NCBI RefSeq assembly: GCF_001194135.2
Contig: NC_068986.1
Location: 6,163,069-6,227,068 of the forward strand
Length of the DNA stretch: 64,000 nucleotides
Source: Octopus bimaculoides
Lineage: Eukaryota
Direction: 5' to 3'
Below, in pieces: positions 50,996 to 63,752 of the stretch. The translations under genes were made by a program, and so were the position numbers. The notes under the pieces are model-generated. The model was not told the origin of the DNA, made no database searches, and saw only the letters and a program-made list of their open reading frames with translations. Each line of letters starts with the position of its first letter. Within the stretch, counting starts at the first letter, position 1.

Positions 50996-53900
50996 TATAC
51001 ATATATACCTGTAAAAGAGTTCAGTAAAAGAGACCAATAGAATAAGCATCAGGTTTTGAAAGAAAATATTGGGGTCAGTTTGTTTGACTAAAATTCTTCA
51101 AGGCAGTGTTCCAGCATGACCACTGTTTAATGACTAAGGCAAATAAAAAAATAAAACTAAATTCCCACTGAGATGAACTTAGCATTTTACCCTTCTAATG
51201 TTGCTTAAGATTTAGTCCCAGCTGTTGCTATTGATTATTCCAGATCAATAGCAAACCTGTGATCAAAGCCATCCCAGCTATAATGATTATGCTTTTCTAT
51301 GGGTGTGACTGGAACTGCAAGGCAACATCATGTAATTTGCAGGCAATTTAACTACTGTTTCTAGCAAGCTGATCAACTTTGTTGATGCCCTAATTTGCTT
51401 GTTTGATCTTAATGCCGAGATCAGCCATAATTGAGCAGACTAATGATCAAACGTTTTCCAGCTATGACCGTTCCATCTTTTCATACGTCTAAGATTATAT
51501 GTTCTGCCATTTTTAAGACAGTAAGCTGTGATATGAAGGGATTTATCTGCTACTTTCGTTGGTCAACAATAAGAAAAAAAACCAAAGCAAATGGCTAATT
51601 TGACTCTGGTAGTTTACTGGGGCAGATTTAGTGGATTCCATTTAGCAAAGCCTCTTTTACTGCAAAACTTTTCTTTGAGCTCAGTCACAAGAAAATAATG
51701 TGTGTTGGTGTGTGTGTGCATGTGTGTGTGAGTGTATGCACAGGCATGTATGTATATGTGTATATGTGTGTGTGTGTGTGTAGGTTATGTGTGTGTGTGT
51801 GAGCATAAGTGATTAATATATATAGTAAAATATAGGTTAATCTCTCACTGTCTTGTGATAATTCTGAAGCTGTTTGGTCAGGAATTTAAGTTAATGTCAT
51901 AAATATTAGAGTCAATTGGATGATGAATTAAAGGAAATCCATGCTGAATAATTCTCTTATCAGTTGATAGATGTGTCATTAGAAATGGGGAAATAAAGGA
52001 GAAAGAGGAGATGAGAAAAAGAATAGGGAATGAGAGTGGGAAAGAGAAGAAGAAAGGGAAGGGAAGAGAGAAGGAGAAAGAGAGGGGAAAGAGAGAAGAA
52101 ATAGAGGAAGAAAGAGATTAAATAAAATTGGTTTGACTGCTTGAATATTGAATTTTTTTTTTCCATAGGCACAAGGAGTCTTGAATTAAAAAATGGAAAA
52201 TTCCTTTACCAATAGTGCTGACTTTGTGATTTGGTATTTTATAAATGTGTAAAGTATTTTTGGTAAGCAGCTAATATCATAACCTAATATCATAACCTAA
52301 TATCATAATATCATAACCTTTTTGGTAAGCAGCTAATATCATAAGTATTTTTGATAAGCAGCTAATATCATAACCTGAGGTTATGAGTGAAATTTAGGAG
52401 ATTGAAACTGTGTGAAAGCTTTTAGAAGGAACCCTTCCAATTCTGGATCTTGGGTGCTTTTAGTGGAATCCATTCTGTCATAGTATTTGAGCCAAGTCTT
52501 TGATTTGGTGATAACTTCTTCTTTCCCTCTACAGTCTTGAAGGCCATGAAAATGGTTACAGGCATTACTAGGAACACCACATTTTCCTCTGACCAAGCCA
52601 TTAAAAGAAATTTTAAATTCCCTCAGCTATACCTATAAAAGTAGGTAACTACTATAAGATTGCAAAATCACTCTGCAATTTTACAGTGCTCTTGCTACCT
52701 ACTATAGTGAGCTGTTGCAGGGTGGGTCAAGGTTATTTGGTGAGTTGATCCCTGTTGTTTGTGGATATACCCTGGCATTTCGTCACCCTCTCTTTCCTGC
52801 TCCCTCTTGCACTCTTGCTGTCTTCCATTCTCTCTCTTTTTCTCTTGCTCTAGTTAGGTAACCATGTATCTCCATCACAGCAGCACACCTGTTTCTGTTT
52901 TTATTCTTGATCACTCTCTCTCTCTCTCTCTGCTCTCCCTCTCCCCCTCTCCCTCCCTCGTTTTATCTCTCTATCTCTCTGACTGGGTAACTAGGCACCT
53001 CCTCTACAGCAAGACACCTGTTTCTGCCTGTCACACTTTAACCTTTCATCATCTGACACAAGATCACCTCCTCCAATTTCCCCCTCCTCTCTCAAAGGCC
53101 CTTTCTTTTGCCAAGTTACTTGGTAACCCTGCCAGTGCTGGTGCCATGTAAAAAGCACCCAGTCCACACTGTAAAATGGTTGGTGTTTGAAAGGACATAG
53201 CCTCGCTTGTGCCAGTGCCATGTATAAAACACTCATTCCACTCTACAGGGTGGTTGGTGTTAGGAAGGACATCCAGCCATAAAAACCCTGCCAAAACAAA
53301 CACAGGAGTCTGGTGTAGTCTTCTGCCTGGCCAGCTCCTGCCAAACTGTCCAACCCATGCCAGCATGGAAAGTGGACATTAAATGATGATGATGATGAAT
53401 AGGACAGCATCTGTCTGCAATATGAACTGTTAACCCTTCAACTGGTAATCTGGCTCTTTATTGACTTTATATTAGAGGATGTGAGTGAGGTAGAATGATT
53501 TTAAAACCAGAAATGAAATTCATGCCATAAATGCAGCTCACCAGAAGTTTGTCTTCTACTTTATTGCTCTCGCATTTGATTGTTCTGATGATAATAATTA
53601 CGGTCTTTCCTTTCAGTTTGTCATCAACGACTTCCTTTCAAACATGAAACCCCCAAATTTATGGAGGCAAATCGGAAGAAGATGCAAGCAGTTTTTCAGA
53701 AGAGAAATAAATCAGAAGAAAAGATGAGAATCAAAGTAATTTCTTTCCTCCTCCTCCTCCTCCTCCTCCTGATCATCATCACCATGATTATGATGATGAT
53801 CCTCCTCCTCTTCATCCTCTTCCTCCTCTATGATCACGATCATAGTCATGATTATCATCACCACCACCACCACCACCACTCTCACCATCACCACTCTCAC

Positions 53901-54856
53901 CACCACCACCACCACCACCACCATTATTGTTTTCATTATTATTACAGTTGTCATGACATTTATATTACTTTTGCCATTCCATGCATATTTAGAGATAGAT
54001 CAATGGTGGTTACTTGTTCTTCATCAGCCATGACACATCATCAACTTGTACTGTTGCCTTCATGTTGTAACATTATAACTGAAAATAAAGTGGTGAGCTG
54101 GCAGAATTGTTACTCTGCCAGGCTAAATTTTCAGTGGCATTTCATTTTATGATCTGAGTTCAAATTCTGCCAAGGTCAACTTTGTCTTTTATCCTTTCAT
54201 GGCTGATAAAAGAAATACTAGTCGAACATTAGTGTTGCTGTAATTGACATATCTCATCTCCCAAAATTGCCTGGTCTTGTACAAAAAATTTGAAACCAAT
54301 ATTATTATTGAACATCCATCCCTCCACCCATCCACCCATCCATCCACCCATCCATCCACCCATCCATCCATCCATACATACATACACCCCCTCCCCCACA
54401 GAATTGGTAAAAATTCTGAAGCCTGAATTTTTGTTTTTGGCTCAAATGTCAATGTGTTGGCCGAATGCTATTTTTCTGNNNNNNNNNNNNNNNNNNNNNN
54501 NNNNNNNNNNNNNNNNNNNNNNNNNNNNNNNNNNNNNNNNNNNNNNNNNNNNNNNNNNNNNNNNNNNNNNNNNNNNNNNNNNNNNNNNNNNNNNNNNNNN
54601 NNNNNNNNNNNNNNNNNNNNNNNNNNNNNNNNNNNNNNNNNNNNNNNNNNNNNNNNNNNNNNNNNNNNNNNNNNNNNNNNNNNNNNNNNNNNNNNNNNNN
54701 NNNNNNNNNNNNNNNNNNNNNNNNNNNNNNNNNNNNNNNNNNNNNNNNNNNNNNNNNNNNNNNNNNNNNNNNNNNNNNNNNNNNNNNNNNNNNNNNNNNN
54801 NNNNNNNNNNNNNNNNNNNNNNNNNNNNNNNNNNNNNNNNNNNNNNNNNNNNNNNN

Positions 54857-55140
54857 GTGTGTTAGGGTTAAGTGGAGGATTAAGTTCATTCTGTGGTCCT
54901 TTTTTAGCAGGGGAATGTTTTGAAGGATGGTGTCGAAGGCTTCATTGTTAAGAGGGTTGTGTGTGGAGATGTATGGTAGGGCTTTTGGTTGTAAATTAAA
55001 CAAAAGATTCGATGGGCACAGATATGACGTTAGACGTAATAACAGTAGTTTGACAGAACTTGCTGAACGTTTTACATCAGACGGCTGCAATTTTGAAAAA
55101 GACTTGGAAGTGCATATTCTCAGAAAATATTTTGAATCTG
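54857..55140. mobile_element. Penelope-like fragment with internal inversion (post-RT region on minus, GIY-YIG on plus)
   Basis: Minus: KALPYISTHNPLNNEAFDTILQNIPLLKKDHRM. Plus from 54987: GCKLNKRFDGHRYDVRRNNSSLTELAERFTSDGCNFEKDLEVHIL. Confidence 0.7.
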
Positions 55141-56750
55141 CTACACTTCAGCTAATTGGTGTTCTGACTTTCATTCACATTATCTCATTATCTTTCTCTT
55201 CATGGGTGGCTTTATATTATGATTATTGCTTAAGTTCTACAGTGTTTCTACAACAGACTGGAGAGCATCAATTTGTTTCATCTTTTTCTTGCAACGTTGG
55301 TCTTTCATGAGGATTTTCCATTCTGTTTCTCAGTTTTGTGTCACACATTTTTGTGCAGGCTGTAGCAGCAGCATAGCATAACTTATTTAACCCATTACCT
55401 ACCAGTGATCTCATATGAGATCACTTTAAAATGACAAATTTCATAATTATCTGTCAATATTTACACATATCTAACCTTTTTGCTATATCTACTAGGTATA
55501 TTTCTCTGATATTCAAATGAGGTTTGCTAATTTTTCAAACCATATCACCCTTATTTCTATTTAAAATGCTATTTTGATCATTCCAGCGTGTTTCTAAGGC
55601 TGTTTTATGCTAGAAATCAAAGTTTCATAAAAAAATTCCAGTTAATAGAATTATGGGAGGTAATGGGTTAAGGATGTAATGTCTAATTCATTTCATTTAT
55701 AATCGATTTAAGAGCTGTGTCCACCTGGCAGATTATTTTGAAATATTTTTCCTTTTTGTTTTTCACTATTAAGAAGGTTACTGCATTCCTTCATGTCCAT
55801 ATTTTGGATTTTGTTCCATTCAGCAAATACTTGTTCTTCAAGTTTGGTCAGATTATTTATTTTGTTATCTACGTTATTCATTGCTGATAAATTGTTCGTA
55901 ATCTCATTAGTATGTTTCTCTACAATGGTTTAATTTTTAAGTAGTGTATTTAGGTTGTTTCTGCTTGTGGGTCTTGTTATTTACTTCTTCCTGTAAAGAT
56001 TTTTCTTCTATGACATTGACATAGTTTTTGGCTATTAATTTGCAAGTTGCATTTACTGGGTTGTTTCTCAAATTTGATTTTACATTTTCTTTTATTTGGT
56101 CACTTTCAATGTCAGTCAACTATTTCTGGTTTATAAACTCTCTTCAGACATTCACAACTTTGTTACTGTTATATTCAGCCTAATGTTTGGGTTCTTTTCT
56201 CTCCAAATTTGGTATGTTTTCTCAATTTTTGAAACTTCTTATGGATAATACATGGAAGTGTAATAAGCCACAAGGACTTGTTTATTGTTTTTCCTGAACC
56301 ATTTCTAGTTCTTGATTTGACTGATACTTGTCGGTGTTGGACATGGAAAGCCTTCAGAAAAATCTGTCCTGTTGTGGGAGACCTCTAGCCATATATTGCT
56401 AGGAAGGTTTCAACTAGAAGCAAAATTTTCACTCCCTGACTACTTCTCCTCAGGGTGACACAGCCTTTGTTCACCCAGGCAGTGACTGATCCAGTAAAGA
56501 TTTTTATTGCCATTAAGATATGAGAGATTTGTGAGTAAGGGCCCGCAAAGATCGATGTTTTTAAAGTAACACCATCTCTCAATAAGTTATTCATTGTGTG
56601 ATAGGACTCATTGTGTAGATAGGACTCAAAGAGTCCTATCTACATTTAGTTGAGGCAGGCTGTCTCATGTTGGTTGCCAATCCAGTATGTTGTCCTTTGA
56701 GGGTTTTATATCAGACTTCTTCATAAGAGCAGGAATGGAATTTGTTTAGT
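55140..56750 (-). mobile_element. R4/Dong-like LINE 5' (N-terminal ORF) fragment, split by a MITE
   Basis: WFRKNNKQVLVAYYT...TYQIWREKNPNIR...LTDIESDQIKENV. Removing the MITE and one TTAA restores ELDITSLNKLCYAAATAC. Confidence 0.65.
55391..55667. mobile_element. piggyBac-like MITE, third family
   Basis: ttaa|cccattacct ... aggtaatggg|ttaa; excision restores the host LINE frame. Confidence 0.9.
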
Positions 56751-57038
56751 GGGTGCAAACTCAGGTCCAAAACTTTTGCAAATGAGGTCAATTTTTCAAT
56801 CTTAATAATCCTTCCTACTAAAGGCACAAGGCCTTAAAATTGGGGGAGGGGGTAAGTCGATTACATCGACCCCAGTACTCAATTGGTATTTATTTTATTG
56901 ACCCTGAAAAGACGAAAAGCAAAGTCGACCAGGTGGAATTTAAACTCAAATTGTAAAGATGGACGAAATGCTGCTCAACATTTTGCCTGGTGTGCTAATG
57001 ATCCTGCCAGCTTGCTGTCTTAAACACAGGTATAATAG

Positions 57039-59058
57039 TGTTGCAGTCTAACATTGGATTGTTATAACGTCCATTATGGTATAGCAGTATAGTTAGTTAG
57101 GCAAGTAAAGACACAACTATGACCGACTTTGCCAACCTCTCGACTTCCTACATCACAGTATATGTAACAATTATCACATACCACTCATCATGTGAGAGGA
57201 GTGTTCCATTATTATTACCCCTATAACATCTCCCTTTTTAAATTTTTTTTCTTCAGGAGTGTAATTTTCTTTTTATTAACAATAATTTTTACATCACCCC
57301 ACCTCCCTTTTTTTTTTGAGTTTTTTTTTCATACAGTTACAAATTTAATATTTTCTCATTTAGCATCCACTTTCAGGAACTCCATACATTTTTTTTTCTT
57401 TTGCTTGTGTATACTATATAATAGCTAATATAGTTAGCTAATATGACCTTTGTGTATTGTAGTGTTATTCGAAATTTTAGAGCCAGTGACTAAATTATTT
57501 AGATATTTTCTCTATAAATAAGACTAGAGACTGCAGATTATTAAATATGTATGTACTATATGGGGTCAGAATCTAGCTAGGTGAAAGTAAACTGAATAAT
57601 TAAGTGGTTGGGGGTAAGTCCAGGAGTTGTGAGTTCAATGCCTGAATAGTGGCAGGCGGGATCAGATGAGGGAATTACCAATGAGAAAAGATCATGAAGT
57701 GATTAGAAATTAAAAATGGGGACTTAAGGCTTATTGTATTTAAAGGTTTTAATCAGTTTATGCATACAAGTTGGTTTGAATTCTGATCTTTTATTAACTA
57801 GTTTGTCCTTCTCAGAGAATCTAATGATTTTCAATTGTTCTAAGGAACATAACTGGCAACCAGTTCTATTATTTTTATAAATCACTGCCAATCAAACTAT
57901 GGACCATCTAAGGTTAAAGTTAATATTTTCGTCTTTAAGTTCCCATATTCTACATGACAATGAAGTGCTATTAGTCTTATGCCTGAGTCTAAATGATGAC
58001 CTATGATTATAGAACCTAGATTTCCAGAAGGATGAGCAACCAGGGTAGGTGAGAGTATTTGCTTCCGTAATTATTTCACAAGAGTAGACTATGTTCTTTG
58101 CTAGGCAGTTTCCACGCAAAGGACATGTTGTTGTTGTTACACAATTGCACCCAAATTTATAATTGCCAGGCCGTCTAATGCTTGCATGTGGAGGGTAGCT
58201 GTTTATAGAATTGCTATCTTAGTTACTTCTAGGGTAATTAGAGTTTACGCCTACACTGTTGTTACTATTACTGTTATTACCTCTATTGGAGTTGTTCAAA
58301 GTTTCACTATCTCTATTCTTTCCGCCGTTAATACTGGTGCTATATCTATTAGCCTTATCAATATTATTGTTAATTATATTGGAATTGTGACTAGTATAGT
58401 TATTGCCATAATTACTGTTTGAGGTGAAACTGGTTATTCTATTAGTAGTAGCAGTATCGTTATTTAACGTCGAAGTACTATAGAGTGTGCCACTATTCTG
58501 TGTTGGGTCTTGATTTAATGATTCATCTAGTGAACTGTGATTTGATATTTGGATAGGGTTATAGGGCCTAATAATGTTGTTGTCATTACAATTATCATTA
58601 TTACTACCATTATCAACAATTTTATTATTCTCAGGATTATTAATTTGGATACTATCATTATTAGTTCTTGGATTATTGGGGTTAGACTGATTATTATTGT
58701 TTGTTCTTAATCTAGCTTTTTTTTTTATTTTGGTTTTATTATGTTTAGATATATACCGTAAAATTCACACAAAAACTTTTGTGAGTTTCATAACTCCTTG
58801 TAAGTTTAATTCTTGTGAGTTTGTTAATTTCTTGTGAGTTCCTTAATTTCTTGTCACCACTGCTGTAATCCAATGTTGGATTGTTATAACGTCCATTCTG
58901 GTATAGCAGTATAGCTAGTTAGACAAGTAAAGACACAACTCTCTATGACCGACTTCACCAACTTCTTGACTTCCTACATCAGTATTTGTAATGACTAGCA
59001 CATACTGCTCATCATGTAGGAGGGGTGTTACATTATTATTATTATTATCCCCATAACA
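57039..59058 (-). mobile_element. Non-autonomous LTR retroelement (TRIM-like) containing a Penelope-like fragment
   Basis: LTRs 59058-58861 and 57228-57039, TG...CA on minus; 5-bp TSD aatag at 57034-57038 and 59059-59063; TGGTGACAAG one base after the 5' LTR; PPT aaaaagggaga directly before the 3' LTR. Confidence 0.85.
57420..58760 (-). mobile_element. 5'-truncated Penelope-like element: Asn-rich linker, Cys linker and GIY-YIG endonuclease
   Basis: RYISKHNK-(~185 aa N-rich)-GCNCVTTTTCPLRGNCLAKNIVYSCEI...TYPG...KSRFYNHRSSF...LSCRIWELKD...WSI, then in a shifted frame CQLCSLEQL...LVNKRSEFKPTCMH. Confidence 0.85.
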
Positions 59059-60636
59059 AATAGTAATAATTATTATTATATTCATACACCAAAAAAATCA
59101 GATAATTCCAATGATAAAAAAGTAATATTTCAAATCAGTCTAAAAAGGTTTCTGTGTTTTCCAAGGGAAGGGTATTCAAAGCGTTTTCGTTATCCTCCAA
59201 AAATTGTAGGGCTGTGTGCTTGCTACCCCCGTACCCACTGTTTCTGAGTTTCTGAACTTCTTGTGTCCTAGACAGGCTGCCTTCACATGGCTTTATCCAA
59301 CATGACAGAAGTCCTACCTACCCTTATTATTATCTCCCTCACAAAAAGAGAGGAAAAAACTATTTTGCCTTTTTACAGTTCATTGGTCCTCTGACAGATA
59401 TTGTTTTTCATGCTTCAGGGTGACCAAATAGAAAGAAAAACACCCACCTCACAGAGCATGGTCTATGGAGTTATTGGCTTAATCACTGATGGCCCAACTT
59501 TGTGGATATGGACTTGAATCCAATCATCCTGATGTAATTTGATTGCATGCCTTCTTAATTATTATTAGGTCAGAGCATTGGGCTCACAATCACGAGGTAG
59601 TGAGTTCTATTCCTGGACCAGGCTGTGTGCTGTGTTCTTGAGCAAGACGCTTTATTTCACATTGCACCAGTTCACTCAGCTGTAGAAATGAGTTGTGACA
59701 TCATTGGTGCCAAGCTGTATCAGCCTCTGCCTTTCCCTTGGATAACATTGTTGGCATGTAGAGGGGAATCTGGTATGCATGGACGACTGCTGGTCTTCCA
59801 GAAACAAACTTGCCTGGACTTGTGCCTTGGAACCCTATAGTCATTCATGACCAAAGGGGTTTCCTTATCCTGTTATCATTATTAAGGTGATAGTTAACAG
59901 AATTATTAGCCCATCAGGCAAAATGCTTAGTGGCATTTCTTCTAACTCTTTTACTCTTTTACTTGTTTCAGTCATTTGACTGTGGCCATGCTGGAGCACC
60001 GCCTTTAGTCGAGCAAATCGACCCCAGGACTTAGTCTTTGTAAGCCTAGTACTTATTCTATCAGTCTCTTTTGCTGAATCGCTAAGTTACGGGGACATAA
60101 ACACACCAGCATCGGTTGTCAAGCAATGCTAGGGGGANNNNNNNNNNAAGGCTTTGGTTGGCCCGAGGCTATAGTAGAAGACACTTGCCCAAGATGCCAC
60201 GCAGTGGGACTAAACCCGGAACCATGTGGCTGGTAAGCAAGCTACTTACCACACAGCCATGCCTGCACCTTCACATTCTGAGTTCAATTCCAGTTAAGAT
60301 CAATTTTGCTTTTCATCCTTTTGTGGTTGATTAAATAAAGCATCAATCAAGTACTGGGGCCAGTGTAATTGACTTACCTCTTCTCATCAAAATTGCTGCC
60401 CTTGTGCCAACACTAGAAAGAATCATTATTCTTTTCTACTTTAGGCACAAGGCCTGAAATTTTGGGGGAAGGGGCCAGTCGATTAGATCGACCCAGTATG
60501 CAACTGGTACTTAATTTATCAACCCCGAAAGGATGAAAAGCAAAGTCAACCTCAGTGGAATTTGAACTCAGAATGTAAAGACAGATGAAATACCACTAAT
60601 GCTATGATAATGATGGTTATGACAACGACAACGACT

Positions 60637-60675
<39 letters not shown>

Positions 60676-60944
60676 GTATTTCTTCCAATTCTTTATGTTT
60701 TGATTTCAAATCCCAGCATGGTCATCTTTGCCGTTCATTCTCTCATAAATAAGTCAAGTTATGGCGTCAATGGCATTGACTTATCTCTTCTCTCAGAATT
60801 GCTGGCTTTTGTGCTTAAATCAGAAATCATTAGTATTATTCTCGTATTATTGTAGTAGTAGTGGTAGTGGTGGTGGTGGTAGTGGTGGTTGCAGTGGTAG
60901 TAGTGGTGGTGGTAGTGGTGGTGATGGTGGTAGCGGTGGTCGTG

Positions 60945-60980
<36 letters not shown>

Positions 60981-61297
60981 GTTAGTGGTGGTGGTGGTGG
61001 TGGTAGTAGCAGTGATTGGCAGGGACAGTAAAATGCTGGTTGAAATTAATTACATCATTTTACATTTGGAGATTAAATCCTGCTACGGCTGACTCTGTCT
61101 TTCATCTCATTAGGATGTCAATAAAATAAATAAATACAATACAACAATTTAATGAGGTTGATCCAATCAATCTCCACCCTCCATCACTCTGCCATGCGTT
61201 ACACCAAAGTTAAAAATCATTATAATTATACTAACAGTGATAAGTGGAAAGCTTTGGTAAAAAATAGTTTTAAGTCAGATTAATATTTAGTTATGGT

Positions 61298-61755
61298 GAA
61301 GGTAGAAAGCTGGCAGAATTGTTAGCACACCAGCTAAAATGCTTACTGGCATTTTGTCTGTTTTTATGTTCTGAGTTCAAATTCCACTGTGGTCACATTT
61401 GCCTTTCATCCTTTTGGAATTGATAAAATAAGAACCAGTGAACGCTGGGGTTGATGTATTAGGCTAGTCTTGTCCCCACCAAATTTCAGGCCTTGTGCCT
61501 TCCATAAAAAGTATTATTATTATTAATATCATTATTATTATTGTGGTGAATAGAATTGTTAGTACTTCAAGCAAAATTCTTAGTGGCATTTCGTCCATCA
61601 TTACGTTCTGAGTTCAAATTCCACTCTGGTCAAATTTGCTTTTCATCCTTTTGGAGTCAATAAAACAAACACCAGTGAATACTGGGGTCGATGTATTTGA
61701 CTAGTCTCATCCCCACCAAATTTCAGGCCTTGTGCTTTCAGTAGAAAGGATTATC
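61298..61755 (+). mobile_element. Two head-to-tail SINE family B copies
   Basis: Copies at about 61298-61520 and 61545-61755. Confidence 0.8.
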
Positions 61756-62699
61756 ATTATTATTACGATAAAATAAGTACCAGTTGAGCACTTGGGTAAT
61801 GTAATTGCTGGCCTTGTGCCAAAATTAGAAATTTATATTTAGTTATGGCTATGCATGGTAAAGAAGCTAGGTTTAGGCATGGCTATATTGTTGAGAAGTT
61901 TTCTTTGAAACCACGTGACCTCAGGTTTCAATGCCATTGCAGAGCACTTTTGACACGTTCCTTTTCTTATAACCTTGACAAGTCTCTTAACTCCTTGGAG
62001 TTCACTACGGCCATGCAGCATATCTAGGGCAAAAAAAGCCTGGTGGAGCCCATCTCTCTCTCGGCTAAATTCATTTCTACATCAAAGTGGACTGGAGCAA
62101 CATGAAATCAAGTGTTTTGCTCAAGAACACAATGGATTGCCCAGTCCATGGATTGAAACTACAATCTTTCAGTTGTGAATCCAACACCCTAACTACTAAG
62201 AAACGTACCTCCACTAGTGGAACTCATTTCTACAACTGAGTGGACTGGAGCAATGTGAAGTGAAGTGTTTTTGCTCAAGAACACAACACATTGCCTGGTC
62301 TAGGGATTGAAACCACAATCTTACTAGGCATTTTACCTGGTGTAGGCCCTAGGTTATAGGAGGTGTGTGGCTTAGCTAGAGGTTAACCCTAGGGCATAGG
62401 GTTAACCAAAAACCTTGTGAGGGAAGATGAAAACTCTGTTGAAGCCTGTTGTGTGTGTGTGTATTTGTGCATGTGTATATGCATGTGTGTTTGCATGCAT
62501 GTGTATGTATCTTTGTATTTGTCTCTCACCACCCAACAACCAGTGTTGGTTTGTTTGTTAGTTTCAACATGGATATTCAGCAACAACAAGAGATCAATAC
62601 AATAAGTACCAGACATAAAACAAGCTTTGAGGTTGATGCGATCAACTTGGATGACATCTGAGATGATGCAGCTGTTATGTACATAAAACATCCTGGACC

Positions 62700-63028
62700 A
62701 CACCCTGAGAAGAGCCTCACTGGAATTCAACCACTTATGAACACACTCCTGCCTTTAGTATGCTGTCTCTTCTATCTGTTTATCTAATGCTACTATAATG
62801 GCATCTGTTCCTTAGAGACAGCTAGCCATTGGAGATGGCTCCAGCAGTCAAGTATCTCTTTGCTATTCATCTCTCCATCTCTCATCAATTTTGATGCATT
62901 CCTCGCCACCAATACTGTACTAACCACTATGCCTGGCTCTTTCTTCCAACAACATTGGCCTTTTGGAATCTTCTCTCTGCTGTAAGTGTTGACTGCAATA
63001 GATTACCTTCTTTATCACAATATTTCCA
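62700..63028 (+). mobile_element. CR1/Jockey-group LINE ORF2 C-terminal remnant
   Basis: YYNGICSLETASH...HQF*CIPRHQYCTNHYAWLFLPTTLAFWNLLSA, resembling the SFFPRTxxxWNxLP motif. Confidence 0.55.
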
Positions 63029-63032
63029 TTAA

Positions 63033-63655
63033 CCCTTTAGCACTTAAACCAGCCATATTCTATTTGTTTTATGCTCAAACAGATCTGGCCTCTCATACCT
63101 TACACTACAATGCCATACTAAAACTAAACAATTACATCATTGAAAATCTTGACGCTATGAAATATTCTTTTCTACTCTAGGCACAAGGCTTGATATTTTG
63201 TGGGCAGGGGACAGTTGATTAGATCGTCCCCAGTATGCAACTGGTACTTAATTTATCGGCCCTGAAAGGATGAAAGGCAAAGTTGACCTCTGCGGAATTT
63301 GAACTCAGAGCATAAAGACAGACGAAATACCGCTAAGCATTTCACCCAGTGTGCTAATGTTTCTGCCATGAATAATTTGGAGGCAATGACCAAGACCTTT
63401 GTCATTATGTTGTGCTTGAGAAGAAGACCCATCAAGCCAAGTAAAATCAGCCATGGCAGATGCTGGTGTCATGCAAGTGGCACCTGTGCCTTTGGCACAT
63501 AAAAGCACCCATTACAATCTCAGAGTGGTTGGTGTTAAGAAGGGCATTCAGCCATAGAAGACCATGCCAAATCAGACTGGAGCCTGATGAAACCTTCCTG
63601 CATGCCAGCCCAGTCGAACTGTCCAACTCATGCCAGCATGGACAATGGACGTTAA

Positions 63656-63693
<38 letters not shown>

Positions 63694-63752
63694 TTTAAAC
63701 AACATGAATAAATAATCATTGCATTTGACAGACTAATCTGAATGCTAAAGGG
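63033..63752. mobile_element. piggyBac-like MITE containing a nested SINE B (minus) and RTE 3' end (plus)
   Basis: ttaa|ccctttagca ... aatgctaaaggg|ttaa, with inserts at about 63168-63692. Confidence 0.8.

Noticed and set aside
57455-57500. Expected hammerhead at the 3' end of the PLE inside the LTR element
   Set aside because: No intact CUGANGA/GAAA core found on either strand
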